Assembly (NCBI GenBank): GCA_965237675.1
Contig: OZ250150.1
Location: 5,344,001 to 5,408,000 of the forward strand
Direction: 5' to 3'
DNA: 64,000 nt
Source of the DNA: Candidatus Latescibacterota bacterium
GTDB taxonomy: Bacteria > Latescibacterota > UBA2968 > GCA-2709665
A program made the translations under genes and the position numbers. Shown in pieces: positions 8,632 to 17,795 of this stretch. The notes below the pieces were generated by a model. That model was not told the origin of the DNA. It searched no databases and saw nothing but the letters and a program-made list of their open reading frames with translations. How positions within the stretch are numbered: position 1 is the stretch's first letter; the number at the start of each line of letters is the position of its first letter.

Positions 8632-9909
8632 CTACCCCCTCGTCAGGGATTCCGCCGTCTGTACGATCACCTGCTCTTCCCCCTGGAAACGGGCGGGCTC
8701 GCCGTAGTAGGGGTATGCATTGGGCTCGTACCCGCCCTCCTCGTAGTGCCGGTCGGTACAGAGGTATCCGATCTCGTCATTCGCGTATCCCACCGGCCAC
8801 ACATCGTCCGCGTCCACCATCCCCCTCAGTCGTTTCTCGATCGCATGTCCGATCTCCTGGACCGGCTCACCCGGTATGGTAATGCACGTTAACGGACCCA
8901 CCGCCATCAACTGCATCTCCGTCGCCCGGCTTTCCGGGATCCCGCCGCTTTCGATCATCTCCAACACGCGGTTCGCCCACGGCCCGATAAAAAGGCGCCC
9001 CCTCGCGCTCTCGTCAGTCGCCGTCGCCCGAAGTTTCTCCACCGGATCGTGCTCGCCGTAAGGGATCCGCACATCCAGTCGCCGCGCGTTCAATTGGGAG
9101 GACCGCCGGGTCTTCAGACTCTCCGCTACGCGAACCACCTCGCGGCCCAACTCCTCGCCACAGGCATCCAGCTCGGCCTTGCTCGCGGACTTGAAGCCTC
9201 CGGTCTCCGGGTTTACCACGGCGGGTCGGACATTACCGAAACACCCCGCCAGGAACAACGCCTTACAGCCGATCGCCTCTTCAATTACCCTGCGGGCGAT
9301 GCCCGCATAATCTGGCGAAATGTAGCCTTCGGAACCGCTCTTGGTCGTCGTATGGCAGGAGTAGTGGAACAGCACAGCAAGCGGCGCCCCGTCTTCCGTC
9401 TCCACCCGGAGCACCCGCGCGCGCCGGTCCACTATACCGCCGAAATTCTGCATCATACTGGACGTGCGCGGCAGCGGCCTGCGGCAGATATTGAAATGGA
9501 CCGAACCACAGCCCACTCCGAACCGGACCGGCTTCAGGTCCGCCGCCGCGCGCGCGATGCTTGACGCGGTCTCCGTCTCGATTTTCTCCATCCACTCCTC
9601 CGGTGGCGCCATCCCCAGCGAGGGCAGCGCGGCCGGCGCGGAATGGGTATGGCTGCAGGCCACCATCACGTGATCACCGGGGATACCGCATGCCGCGTTC
9701 ACCCGCGCCCGGATCCGATCGGTCGTCTCTTTTGTCACTCCTATCGCATCGACTGTGGCTATCGCCGTCCGAGTGTCCGCCACTTCGAACACGATTGCCC
9801 GGACTTCCAGGGGGTACAGCACCGAATGCGAGGGATTCGTGCTCCAATGTCCCTGCAGTACGGGACCCGGTTCAGGGGTGATATCGGCCATTGCTACGCC
9901 GCTCTTCAT
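8632..9909 (-). CDS. Neutral/alkaline ceramidase-like protein
   Basis: ADITP, ACSHTHSAP, YSCH.T, SPDY.G, PGEP, GYAN...GYL, YEEGGYE; AGGAGG RBS. Confidence 0.8.
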   Translation of the reverse strand: MKSGVAMADITPEPGPVLQGHWSTNPSHSVLYPLEVRAIVFEVADTRTAIATVDAIGVTKETTDRIRARVNAACGIPGDHVMVACSHTHSAPAALPSLGMAPPEEWMEKIETETASSIARAAADLKPVRFGVGCGSVHFNICRRPLPRTSSMMQNFGGIVDRRARVLRVETEDGAPLAVLFHYSCHTTTKSGSEGYISPDYAGIARRVIEEAIGCKALFLAGCFGNVRPAVVNPETGGFKSASKAELDACGEELGREVVRVAESLKTRRSSQLNARRLDVRIPYGEHDPVEKLRATATDESARGRLFIGPWANRVLEMIESGGIPESRATEMQLMAVGPLTCITIPGEPVQEIGHAIEKRLRGMVDADDVWPVGYANDEIGYLCTDRHYEEGGYEPNAYPYYGEPARFQGEEQVIVQTAESLTRG

Positions 9910-10106
9910 CTTCTCCTCCTTTTGCTGTTTACGGCACACGGGCTACGGAGCCTTGCTTCCATTCCATTTCAATGGATCCGAAAGTCAGACGGTGACTTTG
10001 CACAGGCTTCATTCCAGGCGTACATCGACAGGAACCCTGTATTGAATATAATACACACGTCGGAGAAAGAAAAGGCCGGGTCGCCACGATTCTTCGCGTC
10101 TCAGGC

Positions 10107-10490
10107 TCACCCGGAGGCCTGTTCGAACCGGCAAAAAAAATGGCCCGTCCTCCTCCTGACAGGCCCGTACCCTATTGCGTCGTCAAACAGATATGCCCAT
10201 TCTGCCTTCCGCTCGGCGCGGGTTTCCATCCACTCGTATATCACAGGAAGGAGGACCAGCGTCAACAGGGTCGACGTGATGAGACCGCCAACCACAACGG
10301 ACGCGAGCGGGCGCTGCGTCTCCGCACCGACACCGGAAGACAACAACATCGGCATCAGACCGAGGATGGAGGGGAAGCGCGGCGCCCTTTCGTACCGCTT
10401 CCTCCACGGAGTGTCCGTCCTGCCTGAGTTCGTTGATGAAACTCACGAGGGCGATGCCGTTGAGCATGGCCACGCCGTCGATCGAGGCGA
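10107..10490 (-). pseudogene. C-terminal remnant of a CzcA/CusA heavy-metal RND permease
   Basis: GVAMLNGIALVSFINELR in one frame and SILGLMPMLLSSGVGAETQRPLASVVVGGLITSTLLTLVLLPVIY in another; the RLRPVLMT segment and most of the gene are missing. Confidence 0.85.
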
Positions 10491-10647
10491 TGACATCCTT
10501 GATGTCGATGCTCAGCCGGTCGTGTTCACGCAAAGCGACGCCGGGACGATTTTACTCGTCCCGACTCCGAAACAACGGCGTGGCTACGCCGGTTACTCAC
10601 GCGGTAAAAGAACAGGATGAGACAGGAAATTTGCCGATCGCGCGCCG

Positions 10648-11373
10648 CTAATAGGCGAAACTCAAACTGACGCCGCCCCAAACCTGGGTTTGCTCATCCC
10701 TGCCTTCGTTGATGTCTTCGATCCAACGAATAATGCCGATTGTCGGCGACAATGAGAAGTAGCTCCGGCTGGCATTGAGTGAAACCGACACACCTACATG
10801 GTTGAATTCGAATCTGTCGGCGAGGTTGCTGTATCCTAAATCACCGGACACCGCAAGCGAAACATCGCCCTCGGAGGTCAGTTGGAATTCATGTCCGATA
10901 CTGCCGTTAAGATACCAGTAATCGAACAAGCCGAGGTCGCGGTAGAGCGTTAGAGATGGAGACAGAAAACTATCCAGGCTCAGACCGGCGAAGAGTTCTC
11001 CGGTGAGTTTGTCGCCCTTTGTTTGACTCGGAAAGGTGTATTGGATATAACCTGCCGTAAGCCCGACGTTTTCGTACTGTTCTCCCAGGTTGCGGTCGAA
11101 GGTTATCGTGAAGTCGAGTTCATCGCCCGTTTCCTGAATGCTCCGCTGTTTGAGAGCGGCGGAACCCCAGATGTTGAAAGAGAAACCGGATTCCCCGAAG
11201 CCGACGGTGAGAGACGGCTGCGCGGTGGGCTTGTCTGTGGTGACGACGCCCCGGAAGATATAATGGGAGACAAGATCCACGCCGCCCTCAACGGAGACAT
11301 TTCCTATCTGAGCGAATGCGGTACCGGCCAACAGGTTCAGCGTCATAACGACAATGAATATTCGAGTTCCCAT
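10648..11373 (-). CDS. TorF-like putative outer-membrane porin
   Basis: Signal peptide, 'D.VS.YIFRG...T..P..Q', amphipathic beta strands, terminal aromatic residue; follows amtB. Confidence 0.7.
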   Translation of the reverse strand: MGTRIFIVVMTLNLLAGTAFAQIGNVSVEGGVDLVSHYIFRGVVTTDKPTAQPSLTVGFGESGFSFNIWGSAALKQRSIQETGDELDFTITFDRNLGEQYENVGLTAGYIQYTFPSQTKGDKLTGELFAGLSLDSFLSPSLTLYRDLGLFDYWYLNGSIGHEFQLTSEGDVSLAVSGDLGYSNLADRFEFNHVGVSVSLNASRSYFSLSPTIGIIRWIEDINEGRDEQTQVWGGVSLSFAY

Positions 11374-11525
11374 ATTCTTTATTCCTCGATTCGTTTCGGG
11401 TGATTTCCGGTCAGGATACCGCCCGGACCGGAAGTTGACGGAACCTTCATGAATTCGTGTTGAGAGGAAAATGCGGCGGGTAAGAGCATCGGGGTAGGCG
11501 GCGATCCGACCCGGTGTTTCCCTTT

Positions 11526-11567
11526 CCCACAAAACAATCCCCCGCCCCCGGGGGATTGTTTTGTGGG
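11526..11567. repeat. Perfect 19-bp inverted repeat between amtB and the porin gene
   Basis: CCCACAAAACAATCCCCCG-CCCC-CGGGGGATTGTTTTGTGGG. Confidence 0.85.
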
Positions 11568-11647
11568 TTGCCCCAGCTACTCTTGACCTGATAATAAACG
11601 ATTCTTTATCGATTCTCATACCCTATGGTGAAAGACTGGCCTGTTGA

Positions 11648-12970
11648 CTAGATGGTGTAACCGGTTTCGCCGTGATCGCTGACGTCGAGTCCGGTGTCCT
11701 CCCCTTCATCGTCGATACGCAGTCCGACGATGGCGTCGACAATCTTCAGCAGAAGGAAAGAAACCACAATGGAATAGATGGCTGTGACGACGGCGGCAAA
11801 GACCTGGACCTTCAACTGGTTCGCGATGTCCAGGTCGGCTACCGATCCGCCAAACATGGAAGACGCGAGGAATCCCACCAAGATCACGCCGGTGAGACCG
11901 CCGACGCCATGGACGCCCACGACGTCCAGGCTATCATCATAGCCGACTTTTGACTTGAATACGGTAGAGGCATAATAGCAGAGTGCCCCGGCGGTTATGC
12001 CGATGACCAAAGCGCCGATCGGACCCACGGTTCCGGATGCCGGCGTAATCGCGGCAAGACCGGCGATCGCGCCGGTTGCAAACCCGACGGCAGTGGGTTT
12101 GCCGTATCGAATCCACTCGATGGCGATCCAGGTCAAAGCCGCAAGGGAGGGTGAGATCTGGGTGACCAGCAGCGCCATCGTGGCCTGGCCGTTGGCGGCG
12201 AGCGCGCTGCCGCCGTTGAAGCCGAACCAGCCCACCCACAGGATGGCCTTTCCGGTCAGGACCATGGGAATATTGTGAGGCGGCGCAGTCTGCTCCGGAT
12301 GCATTTTGCGCTTGCCGACGACAATACACGCTACCAGGGCCGAAAATCCTGCGGTCATGTGCACGACGATGCCACCGGCGAAGTCGAAGACCCCCATGTC
12401 GCCGAAGAAGGAGCCCTCACCTCCCCAGACCATGTGGGCGATGGGGAAATAGACCACCGTCACCCATAGTCCGGTAAACCACAATGCGGCCGAAAACTTC
12501 ATGCGTTCGGCGAAGGCGCCGACCATCAGGGCCGGGGTGATGATGGCAAAAGTAAGCTGAAATGCGACGAAAATCGGCTCCGGAATGGTGCCCGTCAGGG
12601 CATCGGGGGTCACGCCGCTGAGGAATGCCTTGCCGAATCCGCCAAAAAATGCGTGCAATCCGCGTTCCCCTGCGACCATGCCTGTCGAATCAAAAACAAT
12701 GCTGTAACCGAAGACGATCCACAACACAGTGACCAGGGCGGTGATCCCGAAACACTGCATGAACATGGATAGCACGTTTTTCGACGGAACCAGGCCGGCG
12801 TAAAACATGGCGAGACCGGGCAGGGTCATGAATAACACGAGCGCCGTTGCCGTGATGACCCAGGCCGTGTCTCCGGCGTTCGGCTGACCGGCGAAAGCCG
12901 CTTCGGGCAAGGCCAGCAAGGCCAATAAGAGCGTGCCTCCAACCAGCAACCAGTATTTTCGACAGTTCAT
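11648..12970 (-). CDS. amtB: Ammonium transporter
   Basis: DFAGGIVVH, WVGWFGFNGGS, DDSLDVVGVHG twin-His motifs; AAGGAGG RBS. Confidence 0.97.
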   Translation of the reverse strand: MNCRKYWLLVGGTLLLALLALPEAAFAGQPNAGDTAWVITATALVLFMTLPGLAMFYAGLVPSKNVLSMFMQCFGITALVTVLWIVFGYSIVFDSTGMVAGERGLHAFFGGFGKAFLSGVTPDALTGTIPEPIFVAFQLTFAIITPALMVGAFAERMKFSAALWFTGLWVTVVYFPIAHMVWGGEGSFFGDMGVFDFAGGIVVHMTAGFSALVACIVVGKRKMHPEQTAPPHNIPMVLTGKAILWVGWFGFNGGSALAANGQATMALLVTQISPSLAALTWIAIEWIRYGKPTAVGFATGAIAGLAAITPASGTVGPIGALVIGITAGALCYYASTVFKSKVGYDDSLDVVGVHGVGGLTGVILVGFLASSMFGGSVADLDIANQLKVQVFAAVVTAIYSIVVSFLLLKIVDAIVGLRIDDEGEDTGLDVSDHGETGYTI

Positions 12971-13250
12971 GATACCCTCCTTAGTATTCACCGGCGAATA
13001 GGTTGAGAACCAAGAATGACCCGAATGTTCCGAGTCATACTTAAGTGTCGAAATGGTTCAATGTCAAGCGGAATTTCCGCAGAATGAACCAGGCCGTAGG
13101 GCCGGGGGCGGCACGCAATCGCTCCCCATCGGGATAGGACGCCGGCATGGCCGGGGACCGCCACCTGCCTAACGCACGATCTGCCTGTCTGCGTCAATTT
13201 TCCCAGTACCCATGAAGGCAATCTGCTCCGTTAACCGGGAACGACTCGGG

Positions 13251-13778
13251 TTACTTATTCATGCGAGTGTGTTCAGACTGGAACTTCAGAAGCAAGTTCC
13301 CCATGTTGTCCTTCATGACGAACGTCGTTTCATATTTCCCTTCGCCCGAGAACCGATTCACAATTTTTCCTTCAATGCCCAAACCGAAATCCATGTACTT
13401 CCACGTCATGGTCCCGGTTTTTTCGTCCCACGCACCAACCCAGAAGCTGTGTCCTCCTTCAGAATCGAATGACCACTTGTGATACGCGTTGCTGTTCGCA
13501 TCGTAGCGGTGAATCTCACGCGTCTCATGCGCGCCGCTGAAGCTGGATATCTGTTGATATTGGCTGCCCAGAATCCACCGGCCCGTTGAAGTTCCCGATA
13601 GCTCAGCCGCCTTGAGCGACCATGCCGCGGGCTTGAGTTCGGTGTGATGCTTCCAACTTCCATGCCATTTGTTCAGGACCTTCGCCTTGGCTGATTCCTT
13701 CGCGAAAACTGGACCATCACACAAAGCCGTTGCAAGGACCATCGCGGCCGTTGTTACGAATATTGGGTTCAATTTCAT
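13251..13778 (-). CDS. Secreted DUF1579-like beta-barrel protein
   Basis: Signal peptide; W.G.W, WILG, YD....Y..W.FDS.G pattern. Confidence 0.55.
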   Translation of the reverse strand: MKLNPIFVTTAAMVLATALCDGPVFAKESAKAKVLNKWHGSWKHHTELKPAAWSLKAAELSGTSTGRWILGSQYQQISSFSGAHETREIHRYDANSNAYHKWSFDSEGGHSFWVGAWDEKTGTMTWKYMDFGLGIEGKIVNRFSGEGKYETTFVMKDNMGNLLLKFQSEHTRMNK

Positions 13779-13810
13779 TCCTTTCCGCCGTCCCCGAATC
13801 GGCAAAACGC

Positions 13811-15289
13811 CTACTCGAACCAGTAAGAAAACAGATTCGCCTGCCTGAGGTAGAACTTAAGCCTGATTTCCTTTCCCTTCAGCGGGTTCAGATCCGCCCG
13901 CTCCATCCAGGTTAACCGATAGGCCATCGCGTTTCCATCCAGGGTGGCGCAACGGACCATGGCGTATTCAGGCGCGTGGAATCCATCCTGTTCGATCACT
14001 GACGCCGACAGTTCTCCGCCGCGGGCATCCGCATTCACGTAAAGCCTGCCGCCTGGACAGACAAACGGCTTCGTGACCATCCACCCGGCCTGTTCCAACG
14101 CGCCCATACTTACAAACCCGTCCCGCCGCAGCCGGGCAAGCCCCGGAAGCTGCATGTAGGACAAACCGTGGCTGTGCACGGCCATTCCGTAATAGAACCA
14201 GAGTTCGTCTCCCACGGCCACGGGCGAGTTGGAGGGCCAGATAACCCCGGAATCCAGCCCCCCGGGAGTCGTATCCAGAAACGGCACGCGCCCTTCCGAC
14301 CGGTTCCAGTGAACCCCGTCCCGGCTCGTCACCAATTCAATATAGCACCGGCCCAGCATGGCGGAATGGGCCGGCCAATTTGGCAGCCGGTAGGGAAACC
14401 GCTTGGGTCGCTCTTCGGCGAACCCTTCATGCACGCACAACAACCCCACATACATCCCCTCGTAAAAAAAGACCCCGATCGCCTGGAACTCCGTGCCGTC
14501 CGGATCGTCGCCATCCGGCGCAAGCACCGTTTCGAGTTCCGTCCACTCGGTCAAATCCTCGCTCTCGCTCCTGGCAACGATCCGAATCGCGATACCCTCG
14601 AGATCGATCGCCTGATCGGGTCGGGCGACCTGGGGGCGAAAATACGCCACGTAGCGTCCGATATCCGCGTCCCATCCGGCCAGACAGTTCAGCCCGTCCG
14701 AATGCCCGATCCGACTGGGCACGTGTACCTTCTCCACGTCTGACCACGACACGCCGTCCGGGGAAAGGCTTATGTTGTGGGGATAATACAACATCTTATA
14801 CCTTCGGGCGTCATCTGCTTCATGGTCGTCGATGACGACGCATGGCAGCGACCCCGGCGGCTCGAACAACACGTTGTTTTCCAGGCTCCCGTTGATCTCG
14901 ACCCGATTCAACGCCGGAAGCCGCCAGTGGACCCCGTTGTGCGATTCCGCGTATGCCACCACGGGCGACCCTCCACCGTACCCGAAGTCCTTGATCCCCG
15001 GGGGCCGGGTCTGATAATACATCTGGAACGTGCCGGACGGGCTCCTGACCACCGACGTGGGTACAAGTACGTTGCTCAGAAATTTCTCAACGCCACCCTC
15101 CCGCGGTACCCGATCCTCCTCGTATCTCACGCCCTCCCTCGCGTCGTGAAACGCGTTTCCCACCAGCAGGGGATTCCCAACGTATTTGACCGGGGAGTGG
15201 TAGTGCCGGGCAACACGGTAGGTCTCTCCGACCCCCTCGTCGTCCAGAAACAACTGCCGAATGCATTCAACCTGCATTGGGGAACGCAT
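13811..15289 (-). CDS. Putative five-bladed beta-propeller glycoside hydrolase-like protein
   Basis: QLFLDD start, Asp-box-like S.DG..W repeats, C-terminal LRRDGFVS...TKPF...NADA beta-sandwich; GGAGG RBS. Confidence 0.6.
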   Translation of the reverse strand: MRSPMQVECIRQLFLDDEGVGETYRVARHYHSPVKYVGNPLLVGNAFHDAREGVRYEEDRVPREGGVEKFLSNVLVPTSVVRSPSGTFQMYYQTRPPGIKDFGYGGGSPVVAYAESHNGVHWRLPALNRVEINGSLENNVLFEPPGSLPCVVIDDHEADDARRYKMLYYPHNISLSPDGVSWSDVEKVHVPSRIGHSDGLNCLAGWDADIGRYVAYFRPQVARPDQAIDLEGIAIRIVARSESEDLTEWTELETVLAPDGDDPDGTEFQAIGVFFYEGMYVGLLCVHEGFAEERPKRFPYRLPNWPAHSAMLGRCYIELVTSRDGVHWNRSEGRVPFLDTTPGGLDSGVIWPSNSPVAVGDELWFYYGMAVHSHGLSYMQLPGLARLRRDGFVSMGALEQAGWMVTKPFVCPGGRLYVNADARGGELSASVIEQDGFHAPEYAMVRCATLDGNAMAYRLTWMERADLNPLKGKEIRLKFYLRQANLFSYWFE

Positions 15290-15481
15290 CGCGATTCCTC
15301 CGGATATGGAAAACACGAAACAAAACGGCCGACACGGTCTTTGCCTGGTCGCCCGCAGGAGGTGCCATTACGACGAACTCCAGAATAATACGCTTGCACG
15401 GTGTTCAATTTTGGGCACTGCGCCCTCGAGGCGCTCTCAATACCAAACCGGTTTAAGTATAATCGCAAAGACACAATGGCT

Positions 15482-16675
15482 TCATCTACTGTCTGAGTTG
15501 TAGCGGGTGAGACCTTGTTTCGACTTCGCTAGGGGATGTTGCAGAAAGTGCTGGTCTAAGGCATCTCCGATAGTCCTGAGTCTGCGTTGCGCCGCGATCT
15601 TCCGTACGGCGACACCATCCCTCCAGACAATCGGCCTTTTTTTCCGCAGACTGCGTTCATAGGCCAGTTTTTCGAGCGCGTCGTCCTCGAAGATGCCGCT
15701 GGTCCAAAACTCGTAGGTCTGTTGGTATTCGCGTAAGTTTTCCTGCGCGGCCACGTAGTCCTGCATGACGGGAAGCTTATTAAGCCATTTGTTCACCTCT
15801 TGGAGCGATACGTTTCCCCCTGGAACCTTGCCCTTGCACTCTATGATGTGTACCGAATAGGCTTCTGTCACACAAACCACATCTAGATCGGCTCTATCGA
15901 CGGTTTCACGATGAATGTGGTGGACGCCAAATTCAACTTTTCCGCCGAATTCACGCTTAGCGATATAGCCTGCGATCATTTCAAACAGTATACCCCGCAT
16001 ATTGCCGGCCCGGCCTTCGATTTCTGTAAGGCGGTCGAGAAGACCGTAAAACTCACTCTCGCTGACCGAAGCAATAGTAGAAACGTTTCTTAAGATAGAC
16101 ATCAAGTCGGCGAGGGCGTGCGCTACCTGCGATCCAAATAGGTTTTCGGGTGTCGACAACATCAGTCCACTCTTGTGGCCCTCGGTCATGGCATCCCCTG
16201 TAAAGCTCTTGGCCATTAGGATCGGGAAAAGTGGACCGCTGTTTGAGGTTTTCTGGCAGGTCTGCACTTTCCGGATAAAATACCGGATATGCGGAACACC
16301 CATTTCCCCTTCGGCGAACACATCGGCCACAACAAAGCCGTGCCGGATGTTTTTACGCCTAAGGGAAAGCAGATAGCTCGGTCCGTTTAGATCCCATTTG
16401 AACTGGCCCACCATACGGTGCGGGGTTTCACCTCGAATAGTTATGGTGTTGCGACTGCCAATGCCGTTCTTCCACGCCCATTCACGAAGGCCGTCCAGTA
16501 GGACACCTTCGGTGAGGCGCCGTGCTTTGATATGGACCGTTCTCAGTTTCCGTATCAAAACGTCGGGCTTTGCGACGAAACACAGACCGAGATCAGCGAT
16601 TTCACGATTTCCGATAACACCAAGTTCGGTGAGCGCATTGATGATTGGTTTCATTTGAATGTCACAGTGCTCCAT
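15482..16675 (-). CDS. Hypothetical protein with C-terminal PD-(D/E)XK (restriction endonuclease-like) domain
   Basis: G.LFE ... DLDVVC ... IIECKG; AT-richer; N-terminus possibly truncated. Confidence 0.65.
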   Translation of the reverse strand: MEHCDIQMKPIINALTELGVIGNREIADLGLCFVAKPDVLIRKLRTVHIKARRLTEGVLLDGLREWAWKNGIGSRNTITIRGETPHRMVGQFKWDLNGPSYLLSLRRKNIRHGFVVADVFAEGEMGVPHIRYFIRKVQTCQKTSNSGPLFPILMAKSFTGDAMTEGHKSGLMLSTPENLFGSQVAHALADLMSILRNVSTIASVSESEFYGLLDRLTEIEGRAGNMRGILFEMIAGYIAKREFGGKVEFGVHHIHRETVDRADLDVVCVTEAYSVHIIECKGKVPGGNVSLQEVNKWLNKLPVMQDYVAAQENLREYQQTYEFWTSGIFEDDALEKLAYERSLRKKRPIVWRDGVAVRKIAAQRRLRTIGDALDQHFLQHPLAKSKQGLTRYNSDSR

Positions 16676-17021
16676 TTATTAACGATCAAAGGATGATGGC
16701 ATCTGCACACATCAAATAACATTTAAAAAATCAACCATTTAAATTAGAAATTACACCATCCAATTGTTATGGTGGGTATCACAAGACGCGCCAAAAACCG
16801 ACTGTCGGCAACCAACCTAGGAAGCTAGCCCCTATGTATTGACGGGCAAGTGAAAGACCTCGTTCAGGGCGGAAGCACACCTCGTCACAGGTCAGATATC
16901 TCGAAGCAATCCACGGTATCGGGCCGGCGACGATGCGCGCACGGGGACCTTCCACGAACGAGCCGAAATCAAACGAGGTCCGGCCTTCCGCGGTCCCTTG
17001 ACGTTGTCCTACTATACTCTC

Positions 17022-17306
17022 TTAGGCCGAGAAACGAAGCTTTATGCCGCAGGCGGCAGAGACTTTCGCTAATGTATCGAGTCGCGGATTTCGTTGACCG
17101 GAAAGAGCTCGAGAAAGGGCTACGCGATCCAGCTTTGCCCGGCGTGCGAGCGCAGACACGCCACCCCGCGCCTCAGCAACGTTCCGAAACGCCTTCATGA
17201 GCAAGCGCGGATCGTCGCCCATTTCCTCTATCGCCGCGTTCAGATAAGCGGCGGCGTCCTCGGGCGTCTTGAGATAATCGCTGGCCTTATGTTCTCTCAC
17301 GGGCAT
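17022..17306 (-). CDS. Addiction-module antidote, HigA/HI1420-like HTH antitoxin
   Basis: DYLKTPED.AAYL.AA.E, VAEARGG...LA, LS...NP.LDTL; AGGAG RBS; overlaps the toxin 3' end. Confidence 0.9.
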   Translation of the reverse strand: MPVREHKASDYLKTPEDAAAYLNAAIEEMGDDPRLLMKAFRNVAEARGGVSALARRAKLDRVALSRALSGQRNPRLDTLAKVSAACGIKLRFSA

Positions 17307-17625
17307 TTCGTTTCTCCTGTTTGTACGCTTTCCAACAATTTCCGGCATTTGCGATGTCGCGGGCTTGACGCTTCTTAGTACCGCCGCCACACAGAATCAC
17401 GAGTTCGTCACCCTCGCGGCCATAGTAAACCCGATATCCCGGCCCGAAGTCTATGCGGAGCTCGAAGACACCTCCGCCGACACTGTGGCGATCACCGAAG
17501 TTACCCAGTTCCACTCGATCGATGCGTATCTGGATGCGAGCACGGGCTTCGGGACTCTGTTTCCGAAACCATTCATCAAAAAAATCAAAACCGCTTTCCG
17601 AAACGTAATGAAGTACCCTGATCAT
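17287..17625 (-). CDS. Addiction-module killer, RelE/HigB (HI1419-like) toxin
   Basis: RI.RVELGNFGD..SVGGGVFELRIDFGPGYRVYY, LCGGG.K..Q.RDI. Confidence 0.93.
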   Translation of the reverse strand: MIRVLHYVSESGFDFFDEWFRKQSPEARARIQIRIDRVELGNFGDRHSVGGGVFELRIDFGPGYRVYYGREGDELVILCGGGTKKRQARDIANAGNCWKAYKQEKRNARERT

Positions 17626-17632
17626 TGAGTAG

Positions 17633-17662
17633 TATTGTAGTCAATTGACTACAATATGTCAA
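17633..17662 (-). promoter_or_regulatory. TA promoter with overlapping 24-bp palindromic operator
   Basis: TTGACA (17662-17657)-N17-TACAAT (17639-17634); palindrome TATTGTAGTCAATTGACTACAATA at 17633-17656. Confidence 0.88.
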
Positions 17663-17795
17663 GTGCATTCAATTCGGCGGCCCACTCGTCGAGACGAGAT
17701 CTCGCGAACCGATCGGCTAACTTTACACACCTCAATTGGGTTCGCGAGTATCGACACATTGACAGCCGACCTTTTTCGCCGCGCGTCCTTTTCGA

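Noticed and set aside
13039-13067. TTGACA upstream of amtB as a sigma70 promoter
   Set aside because: No convincing -10 hexamer at 16-18 nt spacing, and no sigma54 motif recognised.
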